Source: a virus. Taken from it: a stretch of DNA of 34,259 nucleotides. Under the pieces are notes generated by a model. That model saw nothing but the letters and a program-made list of their open reading frames with translations, had not been told where the DNA came from and searched no databases. How positions within the stretch are numbered: position 1 is the first letter of the stretch; each line of letters begins with the position of its first letter. This document shows, in pieces, positions 22,541 through 31,278 of the stretch. The translations under genes and the position numbers were made by a program. The stretch lies in IMG/VR virus record IMGVR_UViG_3300045391_000686, one strand, 5' to 3'.

Positions 22541-23809
22541 ATGTCCAAGCAAGAACAAATCGAAACCGTGCTTGACGACGAAGCTGTGAAAGCAATTGCA
22601 GCCGAAGTCGCAAAAGGGATGGGCGACACCATCAAGTCAACTGTTGACGAAGCTGTCAAAGCAGCTATGCCAGCAGAACCAGTCGTCAAAAAGAACGTAA
22701 GCACCAAGGGTGCAGACGGTGACACACCATCGAATGATGATGACGCACCTGAAGAAGACGAAGCAACGAAAGCGCTGAAAGCACTTTCACCAGCCAAGCG
22801 TCTTATGCGTTCAGCAATCGCATTGTCAAAGGGTGACCGCAGCACGCTGAAGTCACTGAACGCTGTTGCCATTGGTAACATCGAAAAAGCAGGCTATGCA
22901 ACAAGTGATGTCAACGCTGACGGTGGCTACATCGTTGCAGACCCAGAGTTCGAAGCTGAAGTTGAGAAACTTGCTGAAGACTATGGTGTTGCATTCGTTG
23001 AAGCAGATGTTCGAAACATCAGCACCAACGCCATCAAGACCAACAAGCGTGGTTCAAACGTGACCATGTACGAAACTGGTCAAGGTGCGAAAAAGCGTGG
23101 TACTAAACTGACCATCGAACGAATTCTTGTTGAGCTTCGCAAGTTTGCCGCAATTGCTATCGCAACCGACGAACTAGTTGAAGACGCAGCCATCGACTTT
23201 TGGGCTGAAGTCACACAAGGCTTCGCAGAGGAACGCGCACGCATCGCTGATGAACTAGTGTTCACTGACGACGGCGGCAGCCTGTACAACACCAGCGGTG
23301 TCGGTACTGGTATTCTTGAAACTGACGGTGTTGCAGTTGAAACAGTGGGTGCAAGCATCCAAGACATCACATGGGATGACCTGTTGAACGCTGAAGCCAA
23401 AGTGCCAACCAAGAGTGCGAAGAACGGCAAGCACTTCATGCACCGTTCAATCTGGAACATTCTTCGACAGAACAAAGACGACCAAGGTCGATACCAAGCT
23501 TTGCCAAGCGCTGGTCTGGTAACACCATGGGGTACACCTGTTGTGCTTGTTGACGTTCTACCATCAGCAACAGAGGGTGGCGCAAACAACGGTTACACTG
23601 TATTTGGCGACCTGAAGCGTGTGAAACTGTACGTCAAGCGTGGTCTTGTTCTTACAGAGGGCAAAGAAGCCACTGTCACCGATGCTGACGACGAAGAAGT
23701 CAACCTATACGAACAGGACATGAGCGCATTGCGTGCTGTCACTCGTATGGTCGCACTGGTGAAATTCCCTGAAGCATTCTGTGTCATCGGCACTGGTACT
23801 GTTTCCTAA
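22541..23809 (+). CDS. Major capsid protein, HK97 fold, with an N-terminal delta-like domain (422 aa)
   Basis: Follows the protease. ADGGYIVADPEFEAEV and downstream patterns are typical of Phage_capsid (HK97 family). Confidence 0.9.
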   Translation: MSKQEQIETVLDDEAVKAIAAEVAKGMGDTIKSTVDEAVKAAMPAEPVVKKNVSTKGADGDTPSNDDDAPEEDEATKALKALSPAKRLMRSAIALSKGDRSTLKSLNAVAIGNIEKAGYATSDVNADGGYIVADPEFEAEVEKLAEDYGVAFVEADVRNISTNAIKTNKRGSNVTMYETGQGAKKRGTKLTIERILVELRKFAAIAIATDELVEDAAIDFWAEVTQGFAEERARIADELVFTDDGGSLYNTSGVGTGILETDGVAVETVGASIQDITWDDLLNAEAKVPTKSAKNGKHFMHRSIWNILRQNKDDQGRYQALPSAGLVTPWGTPVVLVDVLPSATEGGANNGYTVFGDLKRVKLYVKRGLVLTEGKEATVTDADDEEVNLYEQDMSALRAVTRMVALVKFPEAFCVIGTGTVS

Positions 23810-23845
23810 TATCAAATAATAAAGTAGAGAAAGGAAACACATATC

Positions 23846-24367
23846 ATGGCTAACATTGCAAATGTACGAATCGGTGACTGTGACGTCTTCTTGAACGAAA
23901 TCCATCTTGGTCACACCAAAGGTGGCGTCGAATTTACTTTCGAACGTGAATTTGAAGACTTAACCGTCGACAAGTACGGCAACATGCCAGTCGATATGGC
24001 GCTTACTGGTCAAAACTTGCTTATCAAAGCATTCTTGGCTGAAGTGACGAATGACAACTACAATGTTGCCATTCCAGAGGGGGCGTATGCACTCGGTAGC
24101 GAAGACGACAAGTTGGGTCTTGGACGTGATTCGGGCTACCTATTGCGACAGGATGCCAAGCCATTGCGCTTGCACCCACGCAGTCGTGCAGCCGACGACC
24201 TTTCTGAAGACATCTACATTTGGCTTGCGGCATCTGTTGAGAATGTCGAAATGGGCTTCAAGATTGACGAACAACGTGTTCTTGAAACAACATTCCGTGC
24301 ATTCGTTGACGAATCGCAGCCAGACGGCAGTCGTCTTGGTCGCATAGGCGCTGAAGCTATTTCGTAA
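23846..24367 (+). CDS. Abundant virion protein, best guess major tail (tube) protein; capsid decoration protein is the alternative (173 aa)
   Basis: The strong RBS and the terminator right after it imply high expression. The pattern VRIGDCDVFLNEIHLGHTKGGVEFTFEREFEDLTVDKYGNMPVD resembles tail-tube proteins. No tube gene exists at the canonical site upstream of the chaperones. Confidence 0.4.
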   Translation: MANIANVRIGDCDVFLNEIHLGHTKGGVEFTFEREFEDLTVDKYGNMPVDMALTGQNLLIKAFLAEVTNDNYNVAIPEGAYALGSEDDKLGLGRDSGYLLRQDAKPLRLHPRSRAADDLSEDIYIWLAASVENVEMGFKIDEQRVLETTFRAFVDESQPDGSRLGRIGAEAIS

Positions 24368-24390
24368 GAAACGGCATTCGGGCAGCAATC

Positions 24391-24418
24391 AGAGGTCGGA
24401 AACGACCTCTTTTTGTTT
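24391..24418 (+). terminator. Strong rho-independent terminator after the capsid and tube-like genes
   Basis: Perfect 8-bp stem agaggtcg/cgacctct with a GAAA loop, followed by ttttgttt. Confidence 0.85.
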
Positions 24419-24575
24419 GTGCTTTTGTAGTACAATATGAATATGGGTACAATCGACGAAGCACTAAAACGGCGCAAGGCAATCAGCCAAGAACAAATCA
24501 CACATCGTGCAATTCTTGAACCTGAAACCACCAGACAAGCGCCAAAGCCACGTCAAAACAGAAAGAGGGTGACAA

Positions 24576-25190
24576 ATGGCATACGCAACACAAAGCAGCG
24601 TTGAACAAGCACTTGGACGTTCACTGACGACTAGCGAAGCCGCTGGTCTGAATTCATTATTGGCGGCAATTGATTCGTACATCAACAAAACCATTGGTCG
24701 TTCATTCGGCGCTGGTGTTGAATCTACACGGTACTATGACGTTGAACGCAGCCGCATGGTTGACGTTGACCCATTTGTGACATCTGAAGTCGTTGGTGAA
24801 GAAACAGTGCAGCGTGCATTTGAAGTGTTCTATGTCGATGCCGACGAAAACAAAGTGCAAGACGTTGATTCAAGTGACTACGAAGCACGACCACGCAACG
24901 AAAGCGTCAAGACGTGGCTTCACCGTCGCACTGGTCTTTGGGGTTCGGGCTGTCCATCCAACGTGACCAACTTGGCTGTCAAAGCATTCTACGGTGGCGG
25001 CGCTGTGCCAGCTGACATTTCATACGCAGCTTCATGGCTTGCAGCACAGGCAATCAGCGCACAACTTGGCATGTCATTATCAGTGAAATCAGAATCCATT
25101 GAGGGGTACAGCCGCACGTTTGCCGACATGACGAAAGACAACGTGACCATCACCAGCATCTTCGACAATTATCATGAGGTCATTTTATAA
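24576..25190 (+). CDS. Head-tail connector (gp6-like adaptor; 204 aa)
   Basis: The N-terminus YATQSSVEQALGRSLTTSEAAGLNSLLAAIDSYINKTIGRSF is typical of Phage_connect_1 proteins. RBS agaaagagggtgacaaATG. Confidence 0.65.
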   Translation: MAYATQSSVEQALGRSLTTSEAAGLNSLLAAIDSYINKTIGRSFGAGVESTRYYDVERSRMVDVDPFVTSEVVGEETVQRAFEVFYVDADENKVQDVDSSDYEARPRNESVKTWLHRRTGLWGSGCPSNVTNLAVKAFYGGGAVPADISYAASWLAAQAISAQLGMSLSVKSESIEGYSRTFADMTKDNVTITSIFDNYHEVIL

Positions 25191-25516
25191 TGCTTGACGG
25201 CTATCTTGTCGACCAGTGCGAAGTGATAGCGACCACCAGAAACGATTTCGGTGACGAAGTTGAGGGTGTGACGCAAACTTTGCCGTGTCGATGGCGTGAC
25301 ATCACGCTGGTACGCCGTGCAGCGCATATGGACACATCAGACGCCAATGCGCTTGTTCATTTTGCACCAGACGCCGCCGTGGAACGTGGTTCGATTCTCA
25401 AGTTCAATGGTGAATACTATCAAGTGGATGAAATCACATACGCAAAGCGACTTGGTGAAACCACCGTTCAGTTCATCAAATGTGGTGTGACCATCACAAA
25501 TTTGGGGGTTTCATAA
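25190..25516 (+). CDS. Head closure / head-tail joining protein (108 aa)
   Basis: Size, position and the ...ILKFNGEYYQVDEI pattern. TAATG overlap upstream. Confidence 0.6.
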   Translation: MLDGYLVDQCEVIATTRNDFGDEVEGVTQTLPCRWRDITLVRRAAHMDTSDANALVHFAPDAAVERGSILKFNGEYYQVDEITYAKRLGETTVQFIKCGVTITNLGVS

Positions 25517-25899
25517 TGGGCGCATCAGTACACGTTGACAACAAGATGGCTGTTTTCATGCGTGCCAACGAAGCAGCAATGGAACGTGCGCTTGAACGCA
25601 TGGGCAATGACGTCTTCGTGCTTTCACAGTTCAAAGTGCCGTTTCTCAATGGTGACTTGAAAAGCAGCGGTGAACATATTCGCATGGGTCGGCTTCATCG
25701 TCGTGTACAATATGGTGAAAGCGGTGCGCAAGGCTACGCATCATATCAGCACCGTGGTATGAGAAAAGACGGAAGTCGCATCGTTCGAAACTACACGACC
25801 AGTGGAACGAACAAAAAGTTTCTTGAAGACAGTGGCAAAATCATTGCGCCAAAGTCGGGTCAATATTTCAAACGTGAATTCGAAAGTGTGAGGGTATAA
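25516..25899 (+). CDS. HK97 gp10-like neck / tail-completion protein (127 aa)
   Basis: TAATG overlap. Patterns VPFLNGDLKSSG and YASYQHRG; position in the connector block. Confidence 0.55.
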   Translation: MGASVHVDNKMAVFMRANEAAMERALERMGNDVFVLSQFKVPFLNGDLKSSGEHIRMGRLHRRVQYGESGAQGYASYQHRGMRKDGSRIVRNYTTSGTNKKFLEDSGKIIAPKSGQYFKREFESVRV

Positions 25900-25900
25900 C

Positions 25901-26305
25901 ATGGCGGTTCTGGACAATCCAATAATTCAAGACATTGCCAACTACACGGCTGACAACACTTCACTTGTCATTCGTGACACCATCTACGCTGGTGAACTGA
26001 AGCGTGGTGTGAATGGCGTTTTTGCCGTTGCCGCACCGTCTGAAGCACCCGACAAAGAAACAGGCATTCTGTACCAGTCGGTGGATTTTTGGGCAAGGAA
26101 CGAAGACACTGGAAAAGCATTCGAACATCTGACTGAAATCTTCAATCTGTTTGACCGCAAACACCACTACACGGCAAGGGGTTATTTTGTGCATTTCAGT
26201 CACAATGATTCAAACATCGAAGACATGGACAAAGACGCAGAGGGCGCAAAGTTGCTAAAGCTTTCCGTTCGTTTTATACTAAACAGCACAACAGCATTAT
26301 CATAG
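25901..26305 (+). CDS. Tail terminator-like protein (DUF3168-like; 134 aa)
   Basis: Last gene before the chaperones. The pattern IRDTIYAGE...GILYQSVDFWARNED..AFEHLTEIFNLF resembles tail-terminator proteins. Confidence 0.5.
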   Translation: MAVLDNPIIQDIANYTADNTSLVIRDTIYAGELKRGVNGVFAVAAPSEAPDKETGILYQSVDFWARNEDTGKAFEHLTEIFNLFDRKHHYTARGYFVHFSHNDSNIEDMDKDAEGAKLLKLSVRFILNSTTALS

Positions 26306-26322
26306 AAAGGTATCATGACGAT

Positions 26323-26712
26323 ATGACACAACAACCACAACAGGACGCAACATTTGACTTGGACTTGGACACTCTTGGGCAGTCCAAAAAGCGTGTGAAA
26401 ATCGGCGGCAGCGTCATCGAATTCGACCCACCATCATTGCAAGATTTGATTGAACTTGCCAAATTGGGCAGCAAGCTTCAAAAGATTCAGAACCAAGGTG
26501 ACAATGTAGACATCGACAATATGTCTTCAGTCATGGATGAATTATCAAATGGCTTGACCAACATCGTGCCAGAATTGAAAGAACACAAATTGAACATGGA
26601 ACAGCTTCTTGCGCTGATTGATTTGTTTGTACAATCGGCACAGCCGAACGACACCAAGGAACTTGAAAAGCGTGGCATCAAGCTTGACGGTGACCAAAAA
26701 AAAACGGCGTAA
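26323..26712 (+). CDS. Tail assembly chaperone (gpG-like; 129 aa)
   Basis: Lies immediately upstream of the tape measure, is acidic, and ends just after an A9 slippery run. Confidence 0.75.
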   Translation: MTQQPQQDATFDLDLDTLGQSKKRVKIGGSVIEFDPPSLQDLIELAKLGSKLQKIQNQGDNVDIDNMSSVMDELSNGLTNIVPELKEHKLNMEQLLALIDLFVQSAQPNDTKELEKRGIKLDGDQKKTA

Positions 26713-26999
26713 GGCTTATCAAGATGGTCGCAATATTCTTGCGATTCTATAACGGCTACACACTGACGCAGTTGATGAAAGAACCAGCACACTGGTTCTT
26801 TTCTCTGTTGAATCAAGCTTTCAAATTGGACGCTGAAGAACATTTGAAACTGTTGGGCGTGGCAGCATACCCACACATGAAACAGCAGCAGGCAAACGAA
26901 TTGCGTCGTGCTTATGTTGACAACAGTCGTGATATACTTGAAATATTGAAAGACTTCAATGATAACAGTGGTATCGGGCAACTGAAGAAAGAAATGTAG
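26323..26999 (+). CDS. Tail assembly chaperone G-T fusion product made by a -1 frameshift at 26696-26704
   Basis: After the slip the reading is ...DQKK/KNGVRLIKMVAIFLRFYNGY... to stop 26997-26999. This is the conserved G/GT arrangement of long-tailed phages. Confidence 0.65.
26696..26704 (+). promoter_or_regulatory. Slippery A9 run (gac caa aaa aaa acg) for programmed -1 ribosomal frameshifting
   Basis: An A AAA AAA heptamer lies in the zero frame 2 codons before the stop. The -1 frame is open from here to 26999. Confidence 0.7.
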
Positions 27000-27007
27000 A
27001 CACTAAA

Positions 27008-29356
27008 ATGGCAGAAAAAATCGGCACAATCTACTACGACCTAGACTTGGATGATTCGAAGTATAAATCGAAATCCAAAGCGGCTGGTAGTGATGCCGAC
27101 ACGTTTGGTTCAAAGTTGCAGGGTGCGACGGTGCAAATGGCGGCACTTGGTGCGGCAGCTGGTCTTGCATTGAATCAAGTGGTGAATTGGCTTGAAAAGT
27201 CTGTCGATGCCGCCGTGAAGCAGCAAAACGCATTGATGGGTCTGTCATCAGTGGCAAGAGGTACAGGAAACGACATCGACAAAACCACGCAAGCGGCAAA
27301 GGATTTGTCGCAAGATGGTTTGATGCCATTGGGTGATGCAGCGTCGGGATTGAAAAACCTGTTGGCGGCTGGTTTCAGTCTACCCGAAGCAATCAAGTTG
27401 ATGGAACGATTCAAAGATTCGGCGGCATTTGGTCGTCAAGGGTCATTGGAATTCGGTCAAGCGATTGTCGGTGCGACAGAGGGTATCAAGAACGGAAACA
27501 GCGCACTGGTCGACAACGCTGGTGTGACCAAAAACTTGTCGAACATGCTTGTCGATGCTGGATTCAGCGCACAAGACTTGGCAAAGGCAAGTGACGACGT
27601 GAACGTGCGCATGGCGCTATACAACGGCATTATCAAGGAAACGGCAAACCAGCAGGGTGACGCCGCCAAGCTTGCTGATTCGTTCGGTGGTGCATTGGCA
27701 CGACAAAAGACGGCAGCCACAAATCTACAAGTCGCAATCGGTACAGCGCTTCAACCAGTGCTTACGAAAATCATGGAAGCTGTCGCACCGTTGCTTGAAA
27801 AGTTTGTCACATGGGCAAAGGAAAACCCGAAGCTGGTTGCGGCAATCGCAGCAGTCGTCGTCGTTCTGTTGGGCTTATTGGCTGTTTTCGGCATCGTTGG
27901 GGCGGCAGTAGCAGCATTCATGGCAATTGGTACGGTTGGCGTCGTTGCGGCGGCTGTGGCGGCTGGTATAGCGCTTCTTGTGGGCATCTTCATATACTTT
28001 GGTGACACAATCAAAGCTGTCGCAAAAACTATTGGTGAATTCGTCGGTAGAATCGTTCAATGGTTCAAAGACCATTTCGAAACAATCAAGAAAGTCGTTC
28101 TGACTGTTTTGGCAGTAGCATTCGCACCATTGATTGCAACCGTTCTGTTGATTGTCGGCGTCTTCAAGCTGTTGGTCTGGATTGTGCAGACAGTGGCAAC
28201 CATATTCATGGCAGTCTTCAACGCAATATGGGCAGTCGTACAATTTGTCTTCAATGGCATCATGATGTTGTGGAACACGATTCTTGCGCCAGTGTTCAAC
28301 GCAATCATGTTCATACTTGGTGCGCTTTTCCAAATCTGGTGGACTATCTTCACAGGCATCTTGCAAGTGGTATGGACTATCGTTTCGACCATAGCGCAAA
28401 TCATCTTCGTTGTACTGATGGGGGTCTTCAACTGGATTCTGAACACGTTCTTGAAGCCACTGTTCAATTTCTACGTCGCTATATTCACGGCAATCTGGAA
28501 CGTCATTTCGACAGTATTCAACGCCATCTGGAACGTCATCAGCATGGTCGCTGGTGCAATCTGGAATGTCATCGTTTCAGTGTTCAACGCCGTGCTGAAC
28601 TTCGTGCGTGGCGTATTCAACTGGATTAAAGACGCAATCATTTCACCGATAGTGGCAGCATACAACCGAATTGCGCAAATTGTCGGCGGCATCAAAGATG
28701 CAGTTGTCGGCGGTATTCGCAGCGCCATCGACGGCATCAAGAATTTTGTCGGTGACGCAATCAACGCTGGAAAGAACCTGATTGATGGAATTGTCAAAGG
28801 TGTATCGGGTGCGAAAGATGCAGTCGTGAACAAGGTCAAAGAAATTGCAAGTGGCGCACTGGATGCGGTGAAGAAGTTTTTCGGAATCAAATCACCATCA
28901 AGGGTCATGGCGCAAATGGGTGACTTCATGATGCAGGGTATGCAGAACGGCATCGAACGTGCTGGTTCAGCCGTCGTGAAAGCCGCCACAACGATTTCGG
29001 GCAAAATAAGTGATGGAATGCAAGACAGCTTGTCGAACGTGTCACAGGGCGCAAGAAACGTCGTTGGCGTCTATCGTGGCATGTATGGGCAACTGAACGC
29101 AATGAACATGGCATCAGCTGGTGCGCTTGCTGGTAGCATGACCGCAATCGGCAATGCAGCGAATGAAAATCCAAACGGTGCAATCGCACAGCCACCAGTC
29201 AACGTGACGCTTGAACAAAGCGGAATCGTGGCACGTTCACGAAGCGAATTCCGTGACATCATCGCTGACGGCATTGAAGCTGTCAACGAAGATTTGCGTG
29301 CAAGGGGTTACAACGAAATTGGTGACGGTAAAGTGAAAGGACAGAGTACATCATAA
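27008..29356 (+). CDS. Tape measure protein (782 aa)
   Basis: Largest ORF, downstream of G/GT. Helical N-terminus, a ~300-aa hydrophobic core with periodic aromatic FNxIW repeats, and a C-terminal globular part. Confidence 0.9.
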   Translation: MAEKIGTIYYDLDLDDSKYKSKSKAAGSDADTFGSKLQGATVQMAALGAAAGLALNQVVNWLEKSVDAAVKQQNALMGLSSVARGTGNDIDKTTQAAKDLSQDGLMPLGDAASGLKNLLAAGFSLPEAIKLMERFKDSAAFGRQGSLEFGQAIVGATEGIKNGNSALVDNAGVTKNLSNMLVDAGFSAQDLAKASDDVNVRMALYNGIIKETANQQGDAAKLADSFGGALARQKTAATNLQVAIGTALQPVLTKIMEAVAPLLEKFVTWAKENPKLVAAIAAVVVVLLGLLAVFGIVGAAVAAFMAIGTVGVVAAAVAAGIALLVGIFIYFGDTIKAVAKTIGEFVGRIVQWFKDHFETIKKVVLTVLAVAFAPLIATVLLIVGVFKLLVWIVQTVATIFMAVFNAIWAVVQFVFNGIMMLWNTILAPVFNAIMFILGALFQIWWTIFTGILQVVWTIVSTIAQIIFVVLMGVFNWILNTFLKPLFNFYVAIFTAIWNVISTVFNAIWNVISMVAGAIWNVIVSVFNAVLNFVRGVFNWIKDAIISPIVAAYNRIAQIVGGIKDAVVGGIRSAIDGIKNFVGDAINAGKNLIDGIVKGVSGAKDAVVNKVKEIASGALDAVKKFFGIKSPSRVMAQMGDFMMQGMQNGIERAGSAVVKAATTISGKISDGMQDSLSNVSQGARNVVGVYRGMYGQLNAMNMASAGALAGSMTAIGNAANENPNGAIAQPPVNVTLEQSGIVARSRSEFRDIIADGIEAVNEDLRARGYNEIGDGKVKGQSTS
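28490..28588 (+). repeat. Three tandem 33-bp (11-aa) repeats inside the tape measure gene
   Basis: gcaatctggaacgtcat.. (28490), gccatctggaacgtcat.. (28523) and gcaatctggaatgtcat.. (28556) encode AIWNVISTVFN, AIWNVISMVAG and AIWNVIVSVFN. Confidence 0.85.
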
Positions 29357-29724
29357 TGGCAACAAAAGACATGTCAATCATCGTCGATTCAACGGTTTTG
29401 CCGCTATATTCGACGTTGCGTGAACAAACTTCAGCGATAGAAAGCGAAAATGTGACGTTGGACGGCACAATGTACACGGATTTCACATCCAACCGTCGTG
29501 CATGGGTCGTCGGCTGGAACAAACTCAAAGCCGAAGACTATGACACTATTCGTGCGCTGTACAATGCACAGTACAGCACGGAATCAATACCACTGGTCGA
29601 AATACCTGAATATGGCGTCACAGCGCCGATGAAGCTGGTCATCAGTGACCGTGACATTCGGCTGAACGGTGAAATCATTGAGGGATTCACGCTGACACTA
29701 AAAGAACAGTATGCGATAAGCTAG
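29356..29724 (+). CDS. Minor tail protein, lambda gpM-like / minimal distal tail protein candidate (122 aa)
   Basis: TAATG overlap with the tape measure. Size and position match gpM. Confidence 0.4.
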   Translation: MATKDMSIIVDSTVLPLYSTLREQTSAIESENVTLDGTMYTDFTSNRRAWVVGWNKLKAEDYDTIRALYNAQYSTESIPLVEIPEYGVTAPMKLVISDRDIRLNGEIIEGFTLTLKEQYAIS

Positions 29725-29736
29725 GGGGCGCACACA

Positions 29737-31278
29737 ATGCAGGCAACGACCACAGCATTCACGAACAGGGCAAACGGCGCAATGCGAAAGCTGACGCACC
29801 GTGCTTTGATGTCGTTTCCACGCAACTACAATCCAGCCGTGACATTCTTCACGATTGGTGTTTCTACTATTGGCGGCGCTGACATCATCAAAGGTGTTGG
29901 CGATGTTGTTGCTGAATGGGACAAATATCAATACGACGATTATTCATACCGCATCAAAAGCATCGAAGTCACACGTCAAGAAGAAAACTTCAATTCAACC
30001 ACACTTGCACAAGCCGATGTTGTCATGGAAAATCACGACAACTATTTCACGCCGAACCGTGGTTCAGTCATAGACGAATTCATTTTGCCATACCGACCAA
30101 TAAAATTGGCAGGCGGCTTCGGTGAAGAAGCAATTCCACAGTTCGTTGGCTTGACCGAAAAGATGCCATCTGTTGAAGAAAAGTCAAAGACGATTTCATT
30201 GCACGCCATCGACTTCATGTATTCGTTATTCAACCGACCACTTGATGCAGCTGTCATGTACCAAGATATGCGCACCGACCAAATACTTGCGGCGCTATTG
30301 GTAGAGTTTGGCATTTCACCGACACAATACAATTTTGATGTCGGGTACAATATCATTGCATTTGCATTCTTCGACAAGGGTTCAAAGTTCGGTGATGTGG
30401 TCAAGAAATTGATGCAAGCCGAAATGGGGCGCTTCTTTATGGACGAAGAAGGTGTCATCAGATTCAAAAACCGACAAAACTATTTGTCATCACCAGTATG
30501 GTTTTTCAACGAAACCAACATCATTGATATACAGACAAGCAAGCAAGACGACATCATCAACGTAGTCGAAATCAAAGCCAATGTGCGTGAAGTGCAGGCA
30601 AATCAAAAGTTTTGGGAATTGCAATCAGCTGTCGTTGTGCCGCCGAATTCATCACTGACATTGTGGGCTGACTTCGAAGACCCTGTGACAACTGTTGATG
30701 ACCCCGAATACATCACACTTGCCGATACGTCGCTATACACTACCAACACAGCTGAAGACGGTTCGGGTGATGCGGTATCAGTCAACTTCGCATTGGACAG
30801 CACGACGCAGTTTTCAAAGTCGTTTCAGATGGTTTTCGAAAACACCAATGCTTTTGCGGTCTATATCACGACGCTTGAGCTATTTGCACGACCAGCAAAA
30901 ATTGTCAAAGAATTGTACATTCGTGAAGAAGACAGCATCAGCGTCGGCAAATACGACGAACGTGTGTTGACTATCGAAAACGAATTCTTCAACAGTGACG
31001 CTGAAGCAACTTCAAAAGCAAAAATCATTCTGGATGATGAATCGAACTACGCCAATACATACATCATGAACGTCAAAGGCAATCCAGCATTGCAGGTCGG
31101 TGACCCTGTGAACGTATCGGTCTTCGGTAGTGCCGATGTATTTGTCATCAAGAAAATAGTCAACCGATGGGAAGCTGGAAAGTTTTCGCAAATGCTGACG
31201 GTCAAAAAGAAGTCATTCAGAACATTCTTCACCGTTGGAATATCAACAATCGGTGGTGTGGATGTGATAGCGCCATGA
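29737..31278 (+). CDS. Tail tip / baseplate hub-like minor tail protein (513 aa)
   Basis: Second gene after the tape measure and the largest tail-tip ORF. It carries a duplicated FFT(I/V)G(V/I)STIGG(A/V)D(I/V)I motif near both termini. Confidence 0.5.
   Translation: MQATTTAFTNRANGAMRKLTHRALMSFPRNYNPAVTFFTIGVSTIGGADIIKGVGDVVAEWDKYQYDDYSYRIKSIEVTRQEENFNSTTLAQADVVMENHDNYFTPNRGSVIDEFILPYRPIKLAGGFGEEAIPQFVGLTEKMPSVEEKSKTISLHAIDFMYSLFNRPLDAAVMYQDMRTDQILAALLVEFGISPTQYNFDVGYNIIAFAFFDKGSKFGDVVKKLMQAEMGRFFMDEEGVIRFKNRQNYLSSPVWFFNETNIIDIQTSKQDDIINVVEIKANVREVQANQKFWELQSAVVVPPNSSLTLWADFEDPVTTVDDPEYITLADTSLYTTNTAEDGSGDAVSVNFALDSTTQFSKSFQMVFENTNAFAVYITTLELFARPAKIVKELYIREEDSISVGKYDERVLTIENEFFNSDAEATSKAKIILDDESNYANTYIMNVKGNPALQVGDPVNVSVFGSADVFVIKKIVNRWEAGKFSQMLTVKKKSFRTFFTVGISTIGGVDVIAP

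Noticed and set aside
22135-22881. 248-aa ORF on the minus strand
   Set aside because: It is antisense to the well-supported protease and capsid genes. The translation is Ser/Ala-rich low complexity, typical of the reverse frame of an Ala/Glu-rich gene. It has no GAAAGG-type RBS, and no other credible minus-strand gene exists in the genome.
24437-24604. 55-aa basic ORF in the gap after the strong terminator
   Set aside because: There is no RBS, since the ATG directly abuts a TACAAT. It overlaps the connector gene start by 29 nt, and its composition looks like an out-of-frame read. It stays only a weak possibility, and the 150-nt gap remains unexplained.
28060-28629. 189-aa alternative-frame + strand ORF inside the tape measure gene. 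Similar cases are 844-1092 and 1117-1416 inside the 594-1397 gene.
   Set aside because: They are embedded in longer, better-supported frames, have no RBS, and give His/Arg/Cys-rich nonsense-like translations.
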